NCBI GenBank assembly: GCA_963733095.1
Contig: CAVTBV010000006.1
Span: 74,971 to 138,970 of the forward strand
Length of the DNA: 64,000 nucleotides
Direction of reading: 5' to 3'
Source of the DNA: Candidatus Bathyarchaeota archaeon
GTDB lineage: Archaea > Thermoproteota > Bathyarchaeia > Bathyarchaeales > Bathycorpusculaceae
Part shown: one piece after another, positions 10,381-20,586 of the stretch
Layout of the letters: each line of letters begins with the position of its first letter
Numbering within the stretch: position 1 is the first letter of the stretch
The notes under the pieces: generated by a model
What the model saw: only the letters and a program-made list of their open reading frames with translations
Told to the model about the DNA's origin: nothing
Database searches by the model: none
Made by a program: the position numbers and the translations under genes

Positions 10381-10750
10381 ATGAACAGGAAAGTGGTAGC
10401 CGTTGCCTTAGTAGCGGTTCTCGCAGTCTCAATCAGCCTATTATCCTTTACTCTCAAAACCAACCAGAACCCAACCAAACCAACGTATACACCCCAACAG
10501 GCACCTTAAACTACGCACCAGGACACGCAATCTACCCTGGCACCTCAACAACCACCGTAACTCCATCCCTTTCGCCCAGCCCATGCGCAATAATGTTCTC
10601 GGAACAAGACGGACACGGTGGCACAACTAACCGTACAGTCGACGCCTTCATCTATGTCAACTTCATCGGTCAATTTACGTTTCCACCAAACTCCTCCTCT
10701 GGCATAGGCTTTCCCACAGTCAGTCTGACGTAAAACAGCTCGCCTTAAGA
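10381..10750 (+). pseudogene. Probable decayed gene of a secreted protein
   Basis: ATG immediately after the nucS stop reads MNRKVVAVALVAVLAVSISLL (signal-like) and stops after 42 codons. Downstream DNA still looks coding but has no open frame. Confidence 0.35.
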
Positions 10751-10793
10751 TGCAAAAAAATATGCCTAAAACAAAAGAAAGAGAAGAAAAAAA

Positions 10794-11978
10794 TTATTCT
10801 TCTTCTGAGGGGAGACCGATTTTGCGTAAGTAATCTTTGGCGTATTTGGGGTTGTAGGCTAAGAGTTCTTTGCTGCGAAGTAAGCGGCGGTCGAGGCGGT
10901 CGAGGGCGACGCGGAAGGTGGGTTCGATGCCCCAACCTTCGGATGCGCTGTAGAATGTGCCGCGGGCGGTTCGGAATTGGAGGCGGCAGTGGACTAGGGG
11001 GGTGTCGCGGACGCCGTTGTTGCCGTGGCTTTTCATGTAGACGAAGAGGGTTCCGAGTTGGAAGGCTTCTTGGTAGCGGTGGGAGAATGAGTCAAATTCG
11101 TCCATCATGTATGCTTGTTGGTCGGCGGACATTTCGACGCCTTTGGTGCCGAATTGGATGGTTAATTTGCGTTGCGCTTCGCCTCCAAGCTGTGAGATGG
11201 GTTCCAGAAAATCGAGTTTGGTTACGACGCCGACGAGGCGCTCGTTTGCGACGACGGCGACGCAGGAAATGTTGTGTTCATGCATCTTTTTCTCCGCCGC
11301 CTGTAGGCTCGTCTTAGGGTCTACCGTGATGGCGGGGCTCGACATGATGCCTTTAACCGCGACGCCCAACGTCTCGATTTTTTCGCCCACCATGTCGCCT
11401 TGGGTCTGGTGGCGTTGAGGCCAATAGATGTTCTGCAGGATGTCTTCCATGCTGACCATGCCGACGAGTTTGCCGGCCTCCAAAATCGGAACGTGGCTGA
11501 TGCCGTATTCCCGCATCAAACCCAAAACTGCGCCGACACTTCGGTTAGACTCCAAGGTGTGGGGGGCGCGGCTCATGACTTTTTCAACGTCGGTTTTGCC
11601 CCAACCGTTTGTTACCGCGCCGTGGATAACGTTCTCGTCAGTTACAAACCCCAGCAACTTACCTTTCTCGAAGAGAGCCAGTTGGCGCATGCCGCTGCCG
11701 ATCATAAGCTTCGCCACTTCACTCAAAGAAACATCCCCGCTGACCTGGGGTGCAACCTGCATGAGTGAACGTACCTTGGCGACGGTGGGGTCAAGGCGCG
11801 AACGTAGAATTGCCCGTCGAGTAATCATGCCGATGTACTTGCCTTTTTCATCTAAAACGGCGAGCACCGGAGGCATGCCCTTCTTGAAGGCTTCTAGGCA
11901 CCTGGAGAGTGTGTCGTTGTCTTGAACTGAGTTAAATCCTGTGGAAAAAATATCCTTTGCAGAAACAGATATGGGCAT
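10794..11978 (-). CDS. Four-CBS-domain protein with C-terminal HPF/RaiA-like domain (putative ribosome hibernation factor)
   Basis: Two CBS pairs (GKYIGMIT, GKLLGFVT, GKLVGMVS, RLVGVVT), then LTIQFGTKGVEMS...FYSASEGWGIEPTFRVALDRLDRRL, matching the HPF beta-alpha-beta-beta-beta-alpha pattern. Confidence 0.7.
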   Translation of the reverse strand: MPISVSAKDIFSTGFNSVQDNDTLSRCLEAFKKGMPPVLAVLDEKGKYIGMITRRAILRSRLDPTVAKVRSLMQVAPQVSGDVSLSEVAKLMIGSGMRQLALFEKGKLLGFVTDENVIHGAVTNGWGKTDVEKVMSRAPHTLESNRSVGAVLGLMREYGISHVPILEAGKLVGMVSMEDILQNIYWPQRHQTQGDMVGEKIETLGVAVKGIMSSPAITVDPKTSLQAAEKKMHEHNISCVAVVANERLVGVVTKLDFLEPISQLGGEAQRKLTIQFGTKGVEMSADQQAYMMDEFDSFSHRYQEAFQLGTLFVYMKSHGNNGVRDTPLVHCRLQFRTARGTFYSASEGWGIEPTFRVALDRLDRRLLRSKELLAYNPKYAKDYLRKIGLPSEEE

Positions 11979-12313
11979 AAGATTTCACTGGAAAGCTATA
12001 GTGAGAAGGAGAATTTAAACGTTAATAAGCCCAAATTTGCCATGGCGCAGAGGGTGAAATCTTGTTAAACACCTTAACCCCAACATGCTTCATCCTCCAT
12101 CGGAGGACCCATAACCACATAACCTAGACTTGGTTTAGTGGCTTGCAGGTCACCAATTAAAGATTGCTGCTTTCTCAGGTTTTTTCCGTGAGAACCCAAG
12201 TTTTTTCAAGCAATATTTATATCAAAAGCACTTTATTCACATTTTAATCTATAATTTAGAGGGCGTTGGACTAATCTTTGCCTGGCGCCAATTAAAATCT
12301 TTGGTGGTAAAAT

Positions 12314-13261
12314 ATGCCGTTAAAAACCATAAAGAAAGATGCGGCAGACGCTTTAACATTAGAATGGGTTTTGCAAGTTAAGGATTACAAGTTAATCCTT
12401 GACAAGAACCGCTGTGTCGGTTGCCAAGTGTGTACAGTGGCTTGTCCAAAAGAAGCCATAAAAACCGAGAAACAGCCTAAACTCAAGGGAGAAAAGGCAA
12501 AGAAAGCCAAAGTTGACGTTGACTTGACAAAATGCAACTTCTGCGGAATCTGCGACGTCACCTGTCCATATGGGGCAATCAAAGTAACCCTAAACGATAC
12601 ACACAACCTACCTATCCTCGAAAAAGACAGTTACCCCCAAATGGTCCGAGACTTCGCCGTAGATACAAGCAAATGCGAAAAAGAATGCGTTGAATGCGAA
12701 AACGCATGCCCACTCAAACTCATAAAACTCTCAAAAGTTGGCTTCGACGGCATCCCAGTCCAAAACGTCCTGGCTCTCACACCAAACGAGAAAAAACGTG
12801 TCCAAATCAGTCTTGACGTCCAAAAAGATTACTGCCCAACTTGCAAAATATGTGAGCTCAAATGTAAGCAGGGCGCTTTAAAAGTCAAAAAAGCTTTCGA
12901 AGGAAAAACAGAAATAATCCAAGCAAAGTGCCCTGAAGGTTGCACTGATTGCTTAGATGTTTGCCCTATCCCTGGAGCACTAGTGCTGGGTGAAGACAAG
13001 AAAGTACACGTTAACGATTCATTATGTACCTTCTGCGGCGCATGCAAGAATGTTTGTCCAGTGGAAGATGCTTTGCGTGTAAAACGCACAAAAGTCCTGC
13101 ATACACCCATCCATTCGGGCACATGGAACAAAGCCTTAGAACGAATAACCAGCTCCGCTGACGCAGCTAAGGAATTAAAAGCCCAAGCCGCCGTGAACAG
13201 ACGCAAAGTCGTCGAGAAACGATTCGTGTCTGAGGCGCTCAAAACGGAGGAACTCAAATGA
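12314..13261 (+). CDS. Polyferredoxin (MvhB/FwdF-like)
   Basis: Six CxxCxxCxxxCP-type 4Fe-4S motifs. ATGA overlap with hdrA. Confidence 0.85.
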   Translation: MPLKTIKKDAADALTLEWVLQVKDYKLILDKNRCVGCQVCTVACPKEAIKTEKQPKLKGEKAKKAKVDVDLTKCNFCGICDVTCPYGAIKVTLNDTHNLPILEKDSYPQMVRDFAVDTSKCEKECVECENACPLKLIKLSKVGFDGIPVQNVLALTPNEKKRVQISLDVQKDYCPTCKICELKCKQGALKVKKAFEGKTEIIQAKCPEGCTDCLDVCPIPGALVLGEDKKVHVNDSLCTFCGACKNVCPVEDALRVKRTKVLHTPIHSGTWNKALERITSSADAAKELKAQAAVNRRKVVEKRFVSEALKTEELK

Positions 13262-15714
13262 GTAATTCACAAACACAAACTACACAACCAGAAACATGCG
13301 TCGCTTACAAACCAGAAGAGTTGCGAGTTGGCGTTTTCGTCTGCCACTGCGGACTCAACATTGCAGGAACCGTGGACGTTAAAGCAGTAGCTGAATACGC
13401 AAGAACTATTCCAGACGTAGTTTTCGTCAAAGAAAATCGCTATACTTGCGCGGATCCCGGTCAAGCAGAAATCCGAAAAGCCATAAAAGAACAAAACCTA
13501 AACCGCGTAGTCATCGCTGCATGCTCACCCAGAATGCACGAACCCACTTTCCGACGAACAGTCTCAGAGGCAGGCTTAAACCCGTTCCTCTACGAGATGG
13601 CGAACATTCGCGAATTCGCCTCATGGTGTCACCAAAGCGACCCCAAAGCCGCAACGGAACGCGCCAAAGACTCCGTGCGTATGGCGGTGGCAAAAGTACG
13701 TTTAATGCAGCCTCTCCAAACCATCGAAGTCCCAGTCACCAACAAAGCACTCATAATCGGCGGCGGAATCGCAGGCATGAACGCAGCCTTAGACCTCGCC
13801 GAAATGGGCTACAAAGTCTACATGCTCGAAAATACCCAGAGCATCGGTGGCCACATGGCAGCGCTCGACAAAACCTTCCCAACCCTTGACTGCAGTATTT
13901 GCATCGAAGGACCAAAAATGGTAGATTGCGCACGCCACCCAAACATCACAATATTCGCTAAATCGGAACTCGTTAAAGTTGACGGTTACATCGGCAACTT
14001 TAAAGTAAAGATCCGCAAAAACCCTCGCTACGTCCTCACCGACAAATGCACGGGCTGCGGTGAATGCAAGGATGCTTGCCCAATCGAGTACCCAAACGAA
14101 TGGGATATGAACCTTGGAACCCGCAAAGCCATCTCCGTGCCCTTCGACCAGACGGTGCCCCTGATTTACTCCATCAACAGGGATTACTGTATTGAATGCT
14201 TCAAATGTACTGAAGCTTGTGGTGAGCGCCAAGCCATTGACTTTAACCAGCAGCCTGAAGAGGTCGATTTCGATGTTGGCGCAATCATCGTTTCAACCGG
14301 CTTTGATATTTACCTTCCATACGACATGCCCTTGATTGGCTACGGAAAATACCCCAACGTCATCACCAGCATGGAATTCGAACGACTAATCCTCGCAGCT
14401 GGTCCCACAGGCGGCAAAGTCATCCGCCAATCCGATGGGCAAAAACCCCACAAAATTGCGTTCATCCAATGTGTGGGCAGTAGAGATAAGACACACTACC
14501 CGTACTGCTGCAACTTCGGTTGCATGTACACGCTCAAGCATGTTGTTCAACTTAAAGAGAAGTACAAGGAAGACATTGAAGTCTACGTTTTCTACATGGA
14601 CATACGCAGTCCAGGCAAAGGCTACGAAGAATTCTACGATCGCGCAAGGGAACGAGGCGTAAACTTTATCCGCGGACGAGTAAGCCGCATCGACGAAGAC
14701 CCCAAAACCCACAACCTAACTGTTCACTCCGAAGATTCACTGCTCGGAACCCCAATTGAAGTAGACGCCGACATGGTTGTCCTTGTAACTGCAGCTATAC
14801 CCAAGAAAGGCTCCGAAGATATAGCACGCATCCTAAACCTCTCACGCGGCTCAGACGGGTTCTTCATGGAAGCCCACCCCAAACTCAAACCCATGGATGC
14901 ACCGACCGACGGAGTTTTCTACGCCGGTGCATGCGTAGGCTTAAAAGATATTCCAGCCAGTGTTTCCCAAGGCAGCGGCGCCGCATCCCGGGCAGCAACA
15001 GTTATCAGCAAACCCAAATGGAAGATTGAACCAATAATCAGCATTGTTGACGAAGCGAAATGCAAGAAATGCGGCGTCTGCGTCGACAAATGCCCTTATG
15101 GCGCAATAAGACAGGAAAAAGGCCAACCCGCCAGCATAATCACTGCAAGCTGCCACGGCTGCGGAACATGCGTTGCAGAATGTCCACAACACGCAATCAC
15201 ACAAATGCACTTCACCGACGCCCAAATTATGGCGCAGGTTCGAGCTGCACTTCAAGAAAATCCAGAAGAAAAAATCTTGGCTATACTCTGCAACTGGTGC
15301 AGCTACGCAGGTGCAGACCTTGCAGGCATAAGCCGATGTGACTACCCCGCAAGCGTAAGAGCCATCCGAGTCATGTGCAGCGGCAGAGTCGCCAGAGAAT
15401 TCGTCCTCGAAGCACTAAGACTTGGTGCAGGGATGGTTCTTCTTGGTGCATGCCACTTACCCTACGACTGTCACTACATCAGCGGAAACTACAAGATGAA
15501 AGCCCGAACCGACGCCCTCAAAGGCATGCTGACCAAACTGGGCATGAGTCCAGAGCGGTTCCGAGTAGAATACGTTTCAGCCGCCGAAGGCATCCACTAC
15601 GCTGAAGTCATCAGAGAAATCGACGCCGACATGAAAGCATTGGGCAAAGAGAAAATAAAAGCAGAAAACGCCAAACTCAAGCCAATCCTTGAGAACATGC
15701 TAAAGCGCAAATAA
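13258..15714 (+). CDS. hdrA: Heterodisulfide reductase subunit A fused to MvhD
   Basis: VGVFVCHCG, AACSPRMHEPTF, GGGIAG FAD motif, LDKTFPTLDCSICI and IQCVGSRD motifs. C-terminal MvhD motifs CNWCSYAGADLAG, RVMCSGRV and DCHYISGN. Confidence 0.93.
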   Translation: MSNSQTQTTQPETCVAYKPEELRVGVFVCHCGLNIAGTVDVKAVAEYARTIPDVVFVKENRYTCADPGQAEIRKAIKEQNLNRVVIAACSPRMHEPTFRRTVSEAGLNPFLYEMANIREFASWCHQSDPKAATERAKDSVRMAVAKVRLMQPLQTIEVPVTNKALIIGGGIAGMNAALDLAEMGYKVYMLENTQSIGGHMAALDKTFPTLDCSICIEGPKMVDCARHPNITIFAKSELVKVDGYIGNFKVKIRKNPRYVLTDKCTGCGECKDACPIEYPNEWDMNLGTRKAISVPFDQTVPLIYSINRDYCIECFKCTEACGERQAIDFNQQPEEVDFDVGAIIVSTGFDIYLPYDMPLIGYGKYPNVITSMEFERLILAAGPTGGKVIRQSDGQKPHKIAFIQCVGSRDKTHYPYCCNFGCMYTLKHVVQLKEKYKEDIEVYVFYMDIRSPGKGYEEFYDRARERGVNFIRGRVSRIDEDPKTHNLTVHSEDSLLGTPIEVDADMVVLVTAAIPKKGSEDIARILNLSRGSDGFFMEAHPKLKPMDAPTDGVFYAGACVGLKDIPASVSQGSGAASRAATVISKPKWKIEPIISIVDEAKCKKCGVCVDKCPYGAIRQEKGQPASIITASCHGCGTCVAECPQHAITQMHFTDAQIMAQVRAALQENPEEKILAILCNWCSYAGADLAGISRCDYPASVRAIRVMCSGRVAREFVLEALRLGAGMVLLGACHLPYDCHYISGNYKMKARTDALKGMLTKLGMSPERFRVEYVSAAEGIHYAEVIREIDADMKALGKEKIKAENAKLKPILENMLKRK

Positions 15715-15873
15715 AAGCCCTCCTTATACTTTATCTATAACTACCTTTTTCCACATGCTAATGCTGGCTGTTTTCAGCCAACTGACTTACCCTTTTAGAT
15801 ATAGACCCCTCTATCGTTTCTGCGATGAACCAAATTAGGATTCTAATAGGGCTCCAAATAAGCTGAATCTTAG

Positions 15874-16083
15874 CTAGCTGCTCGTTTTCTTGAACCATGC
15901 GATGCCTATAACTGCTACAGTTATGGCTGTTAGGGCTGCTATCGGGTTGAAGGCTTGCAGTGCAGAATAAGACTCAATCAAAAATGCCATCAAAGCTACA
16001 ATCGAAACCAAATATACCGCTGTTCCCACCGCTAAACGTTTATGGCTCAATTTCCAACTCACAACCCGTGCTTTCAGATACAT
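15874..16083 (-). CDS. Small two-TM membrane protein
   Basis: 69 aa with two hydrophobic helices and a basic C-terminus. Confidence 0.55.
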   Translation of the reverse strand: MYLKARVVSWKLSHKRLAVGTAVYLVSIVALMAFLIESYSALQAFNPIAALTAITVAVIGIAWFKKTSS

Positions 16084-16191
16084 TTAAGGGTTGTTTTGAT
16101 ATAATGCTAAGCAGACGAACAGGCTGTTCAGATATTAGGACAGCATGCTAAAGCGTAAAAAATAAAAATAAATTAAGATCTAAAGAAAAAT

Positions 16192-16470
16192 TTAATCTTC
16201 TTCGTAGAGTTTTCTTTCCTTAATTTTCAGTGTTTCTTCGTCGCCGATAACTCTGAAAGTTTCAGATAGCTCATGCTTGTGCAGGAACTTTTTAACGATT
16301 ATGCGCACGTACTTCTTTGCTAGCGCTTCACCTTCACCTTTTACTGTTACGGTTTTTCCTTCTGTGGTCACATCTCCACCTGTCTTGTCCTTGAGGAAAT
16401 CAGCCAGTTTCTCGAATAGTTTGCTTTCTTCGCCTTTAAGTTCTGAAGCTTCAACCTTCATTTCAATCAT
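16192..16470 (-). CDS. rpl22e: Ribosomal protein eL22 (L22e) homologue
   Basis: KLADFLKDK and AKKYVRIIVKKFLHKHELSETFRVI match eukaryotic eL22 SKRYLKYLTKKYLKK..LRDWLRVV. Acidic tail and a GAGGTGA Shine-Dalgarno site upstream. Confidence 0.75.
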   Translation of the reverse strand: MIEMKVEASELKGEESKLFEKLADFLKDKTGGDVTTEGKTVTVKGEGEALAKKYVRIIVKKFLHKHELSETFRVIGDEETLKIKERKLYEED

Positions 16471-16723
16471 TTTTCTTGTTCACCTCGATTCCTGTTGCGC
16501 CAATTAACTTTGATTTAGCTACTTTCTCACGGTTTCTCTATTGATAAGTTTTATGCCGCCCCTTGTCAGTTCGCCCGTCGAGTCCTTCTCACTGCATAGC
16601 TCAGACTCTAGTGCTCATCATCCAAACAGGTATTTAGCAACAGAACATAAGACTGTTACGCTGCTGTTGTGGAGAAACATTTTTTTTGCGCAATTTTGTC
16701 TTTAATTAAGTAGTTAAGATAGT

Positions 16724-17235
16724 ATGGATTTGTCAGATGCCCTTTTGAAGAGGAGAAGCATAAGAAACTACAAGAAACAGGAATTTCCGCAGGGCACTGT
16801 TGAGTAGCTGATTGAAGCAACAAGGCAAGCTCCGTCCGCAGGCAACATTTAGCCAAGGGAATTCAATGCAACAAGTAATCAAAAAACCAAATGCGGCATT
16901 TCATATGCTGCCTTTGGGCAAAAAGACCTTGAAGATGCGCTGTATTAATCGTTGTCTGCGCTGATGAGAAACGCGCAGCTGAGAGCTATGATGTGCGGGG
17001 TGAGAACCTTTATTCTGTTCAGGATACAGCCTCAGCTATCCAAAACATCCTGTTAACCGCTTGAGTTTAGGTTCATGTTGGATTGGCGCTTTCAAGGAGG
17101 ATGAGGTTAAAAGGTCATTAATGCACCAAAAGATACGTCCTGTTGTGTTGATTCCAGTTGTATGCCCTGAGGAGTCTCCAACCGCGCGGCAAAGATGACC
17201 TCTAAACGAAAGTAATACACAAAGAGATCTTTTAA
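16724..17235 (+). pseudogene. Nitroreductase-family pseudogene
   Basis: MDLSDALLKRRSIRNY...VE*LIEATRQAPSAGNI*P; later [14 protein letters not shown] and GSCWIGAF fragments with stops and frameshifts. Confidence 0.85.
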
Positions 17236-17431
17236 ATTGCAGGGTTCTGCTGAAATCGTTTAGTCAAAATCTATATTTCAATATTCATAAAGTTTAAAAG
17301 CGCCTTTCCTATCTATGGTTGAACTTCAATGGATGAATGTCCATGTGTGAATCGGTAGAACGCTGGTTCAACAAACATGTGACAATTCGACACTGAAAGA
17401 ATCATAATCACAAGGAGGAAAAGAAAAAGAA

Positions 17432-17557
17432 ATGTTATCGCGAGATTGCGATGGATGCTCCCAAATGCGCTCCTGCAGTAAACGATTCGGTATTGCCAAT
17501 AAGGGCGAAAAAGTTTACTGTCCAGATGGAACAGCCCATTTAGTTGACGGCAACTAA
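17432..17557 (+). CDS. 41-aa Cys-rich putative metal-binding microprotein (not in ORF track)
   Basis: MLSRDCDGCSQMRSCSKRFGIANKGEKVYCPDGTAHLVDGN*, preceded by an AAGGAGG Shine-Dalgarno site and followed by a T-rich tract. Confidence 0.6.
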   Translation: MLSRDCDGCSQMRSCSKRFGIANKGEKVYCPDGTAHLVDGN

Positions 17558-17641
17558 ACCGGCAAAAACTGTAGTTTAGGAAATAAAATTTTTTCTATTT
17601 TCTTTGTTTTAACTTTTCAGTATTCAGTATTTTAGATGACG

Positions 17642-18050
17642 TTAGCGCTTTTCTAATTTTTTCTTAATTTCGCTTAGTATTTCTGAGAAATCAGCTTCTT
17701 GGTCCGGTTTCATTCCATTCTTGGAAACACTTAGTATTGTAGTGTAATCTTTGGAATATAGGGCTTTATTCATCTCTTTCATGGTTCGGTTGTTGCCGAA
17801 TATGCGGTAAGTGCAGAATAGGATGGCTTTTTTGCCTTCCATGTTAGACATGCCTTCCATGAATGCTTCGGTTTCTTTGGCAGGGCTTAAACCTTCTACG
17901 TGTGTGCTATGGATTACGAGGTCGTAGGAATCAGTAGTTGATGGTAGCGTCCCGCTATGTCAAAGATTAGAACTTTTGCTGCTTCAGCTATGGCTTGGGC
18001 TAAACGTTTTGTGTTGCATGTTCTGAAAAATAAACTACACATGTATTCAT
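17642..18050 (-). pseudogene. Flavodoxin-family pseudogene
   Basis: Start MNTCVVYF, then out-of-frame TCNTKRLAQAIAEAA, SYDLV and GKKAILFCTY; several frameshifts. Confidence 0.75.
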
Positions 18051-18147
18051 AGTTCAAATTAGATTGACTTCAGACAAAAAATCCTATTCTATTACAGGTA
18101 GTAAGTTTAAAAGTTCAACCAAATAGTATTTGTGTGAGCGAAAAACC

Positions 18148-19920
18148 ATGGATTACGCCATAATCGCCGATGCCTACGAAAAAATCGAAGCAACCCCCAA
18201 ACGCCTAGAAATGACTGATTTGCTTGTTGAATTGCTTAAAAAAACCCCAAAAGGAATCATTTCCAGAGTCGTTTATTTAACGCAGGGAAAACTGTACCCC
18301 GACTTCATGGGAGTTGAGATGGGTGTTGCTGAAAAGCTCGCCATAAAAGCCTTGACTCGTGCTTCTGGGCATAGAGAAAGTGAAATTCAATCTGAACTGC
18401 AAAAAAGTGGCGACATAGGCGAAACCTCGGAAAAACTACTCGCTAAACGCAAACAATCCACATTCTTTACAAGAAAGCTTACAGCTGAGCGGGTTTACGA
18501 GACTCTTGATAAATTGGCGAAAACTTCAGGTAGCGGCGCGGTAGATACAAAGATGACGCTTCTCTCGGGACTGCTTACTGACTCGTCATCTAAAGAGGCA
18601 AAATGGATAATTCGAACCGTGACGGGTAACTTGCGGTTGGGCATTGCAGATATGACGGTGCTTGACGCCTTAGCGATAGCTTACGGCGGCGGAAAAGAAT
18701 CTCGTGAACTCATCGAACGCGCCTACAACATCTCGTCCGACTTGGGCAGGGTCGCAAACGTCGTTGCCGAAAAAGGCATGGAAGGAATCAGGCAGTTTCA
18801 AGTTATGGTTTTTGAACCAATAAGGCCAATGCTTGCTGAGCGACTGGGTGCTCCAGAAGAAATTTTGGAAAAGTTCAGCGGCAAATGCGTAGCCGAATAC
18901 AAGTACGACGGCGAAAGAATCCAGGCACACAAAAAAGACGATAAAGTCATCCTGTATTCTAGGCGCCTCGAGAACATCTCTAACCAATATCCCGACGCGG
19001 TCGAATTAATAAAGGAAAAAATCGCGGCTAAAGAAGCCATATTAGAAGCTGAATGTGTTGCGATGGATTTAGAAACAGGAGATATGCTTCCCTTTCAGGA
19101 ATTGATGCATCGTCGCCGCAAATACGGGATAGAAACCGCCATACAAGACTACCCAATCTCGCTTTTCGCCTTCGACGCCCTCTACGTCGACGGCAAAGAC
19201 CTAACCCTCGACCCCTTCCTACAAAGACGCAAAGCCCTCGAAAAAATCATCAAACAAAGCGACAGAATAAAACCAGCCACACAAAAACCTGTCAGTAGCC
19301 CCAAGGAACTCGAAGACTTCTTTGAGGAAGCCATATCGGAAGGCTGCGAAGGTTTAATGTGCAAATCAGTTGCCAAAGACTCGGTCTATCAAGCGGGTAG
19401 TCGCGGTTGGCTTTGGATAAAACTGAAGCGTGACTACCGCAGCGAAATGACCGATACCGTGGATTTAGTTGTGGTAGGCGCCTTTCACGGCAGAGGCAAA
19501 CGTGTGGGTGCTTATGGCGCTTTGCTCTTAGCCACCTACAACGATGAAACAGACACGTTTGAAACCGTAACTAAATGCGGCACAGGTTTTACAGATAAAG
19601 ACTTGGCGCAACTTCATCAGATGTTACAGAAACATGTAATTCCACGCAAAAACACCCGTGTCCAATCTACTATGGAGGCAGATGTTTGGTTTGAGCCCGC
19701 GTTGGTCTTGGAGATTTTAGGTGCCGAAGTTACCTTGAGCCCGATTCACATGACTGCAATGCACTCCATACGCAAAGGTGCAGGCTTTGCCATTCGGTTT
19801 CCACGCTTTACAGGCAAATACCGCACCGACAAAGCCCCTGAAGACGCAACAACCTCCAAGGAAATTGAGGAGATGTACCGTGGGCAACTAAAGAAAATCG
19901 GTGAAGCCCCAAAAAGCTAA
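18148..19920 (+). CDS. lig: ATP-dependent DNA ligase
   Basis: PMLA, EYKYDGER (motif I), EGLMCK, WIKLKRDY, DLVVVGA and IRFPRF motifs. PIP-like KQSTFF. Confidence 0.96.
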   Translation: MDYAIIADAYEKIEATPKRLEMTDLLVELLKKTPKGIISRVVYLTQGKLYPDFMGVEMGVAEKLAIKALTRASGHRESEIQSELQKSGDIGETSEKLLAKRKQSTFFTRKLTAERVYETLDKLAKTSGSGAVDTKMTLLSGLLTDSSSKEAKWIIRTVTGNLRLGIADMTVLDALAIAYGGGKESRELIERAYNISSDLGRVANVVAEKGMEGIRQFQVMVFEPIRPMLAERLGAPEEILEKFSGKCVAEYKYDGERIQAHKKDDKVILYSRRLENISNQYPDAVELIKEKIAAKEAILEAECVAMDLETGDMLPFQELMHRRRKYGIETAIQDYPISLFAFDALYVDGKDLTLDPFLQRRKALEKIIKQSDRIKPATQKPVSSPKELEDFFEEAISEGCEGLMCKSVAKDSVYQAGSRGWLWIKLKRDYRSEMTDTVDLVVVGAFHGRGKRVGAYGALLLATYNDETDTFETVTKCGTGFTDKDLAQLHQMLQKHVIPRKNTRVQSTMEADVWFEPALVLEILGAEVTLSPIHMTAMHSIRKGAGFAIRFPRFTGKYRTDKAPEDATTSKEIEEMYRGQLKKIGEAPKS

Positions 19921-19964
19921 AACTGATAAGTCTCTTTGCTTAAGTAGTTGCGAGTGCTGAAGCT

Positions 19965-20585
19965 TTGTCGATTGACCCAGAAAAAATGAAAACTATGATT
20001 GCCTTCAAAAAACGTCTTGAAGACCGGCTGGAAAAATTAAGCGCTGAAACTGCAGAGGTCCAAGCAACCCTTGATACCGTTAACCAGATTCTGCTCGAAA
20101 AAGGCTTCAAACGCGGCGACATAAAAGAAGTGTCAGTTTCTCCGATACCTGTTCCCAAAGAAGTGGTCTTGCCCAAACACGAACCCGAACCACCCACACC
20201 TGTACCTACTCAGCAACACACGGAACCTGAAAGCGTCATACCCCTAAAAACCATGGCGGAAGAACCCTTGGCACTCATGTACTTTGACAAACAAACCATA
20301 CATGTAATGCCTGATGAAAGCAAAAACTTCAGCGTAAACACGCCGCCATTCACAAATTTCCTTGTTGAGAAGGTTTTCTCTAAGATGCAGGAAAAAGACA
20401 AAGAACTGGTTAGACTGGGGCAGATTGGGACTGATAAAATGTTCTCTTACAACATCGTTCGCGAAGGTGATTTGATACGCGAAATAATCATCAAGAATGT
20501 CGATGATGAGCGACTCAAGGAGCTTAAATCGAGCATCCGCTGGACTTTCGAGAAAATGTATGAAAAAATGAAAATTAGCAGCTAA
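19965..20585 (+). CDS. Hypothetical protein (N-terminal coiled coil, Pro-rich linker, globular C-terminal domain)
   Basis: 206-aa ORF directly after lig on the same strand. Confidence 0.7.
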   Translation: MSIDPEKMKTMIAFKKRLEDRLEKLSAETAEVQATLDTVNQILLEKGFKRGDIKEVSVSPIPVPKEVVLPKHEPEPPTPVPTQQHTEPESVIPLKTMAEEPLALMYFDKQTIHVMPDESKNFSVNTPPFTNFLVEKVFSKMQEKDKELVRLGQIGTDKMFSYNIVREGDLIREIIIKNVDDERLKELKSSIRWTFEKMYEKMKISS

Positions 20586-20586
20586 G

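Noticed and set aside
9573-15605. Many overlapping or antisense ORFs in the track (e.g. 9573-10043, 10943-11317, 13446-13889)
   Set aside because: Shadow frames of well-supported genes with no motifs of their own.
16724-16860. Two in-frame TAG codons as possible pyrrolysine read-through
   Set aside because: The same gene has frameshifts and other stops, and no pyl genes are in view; ordinary decay.
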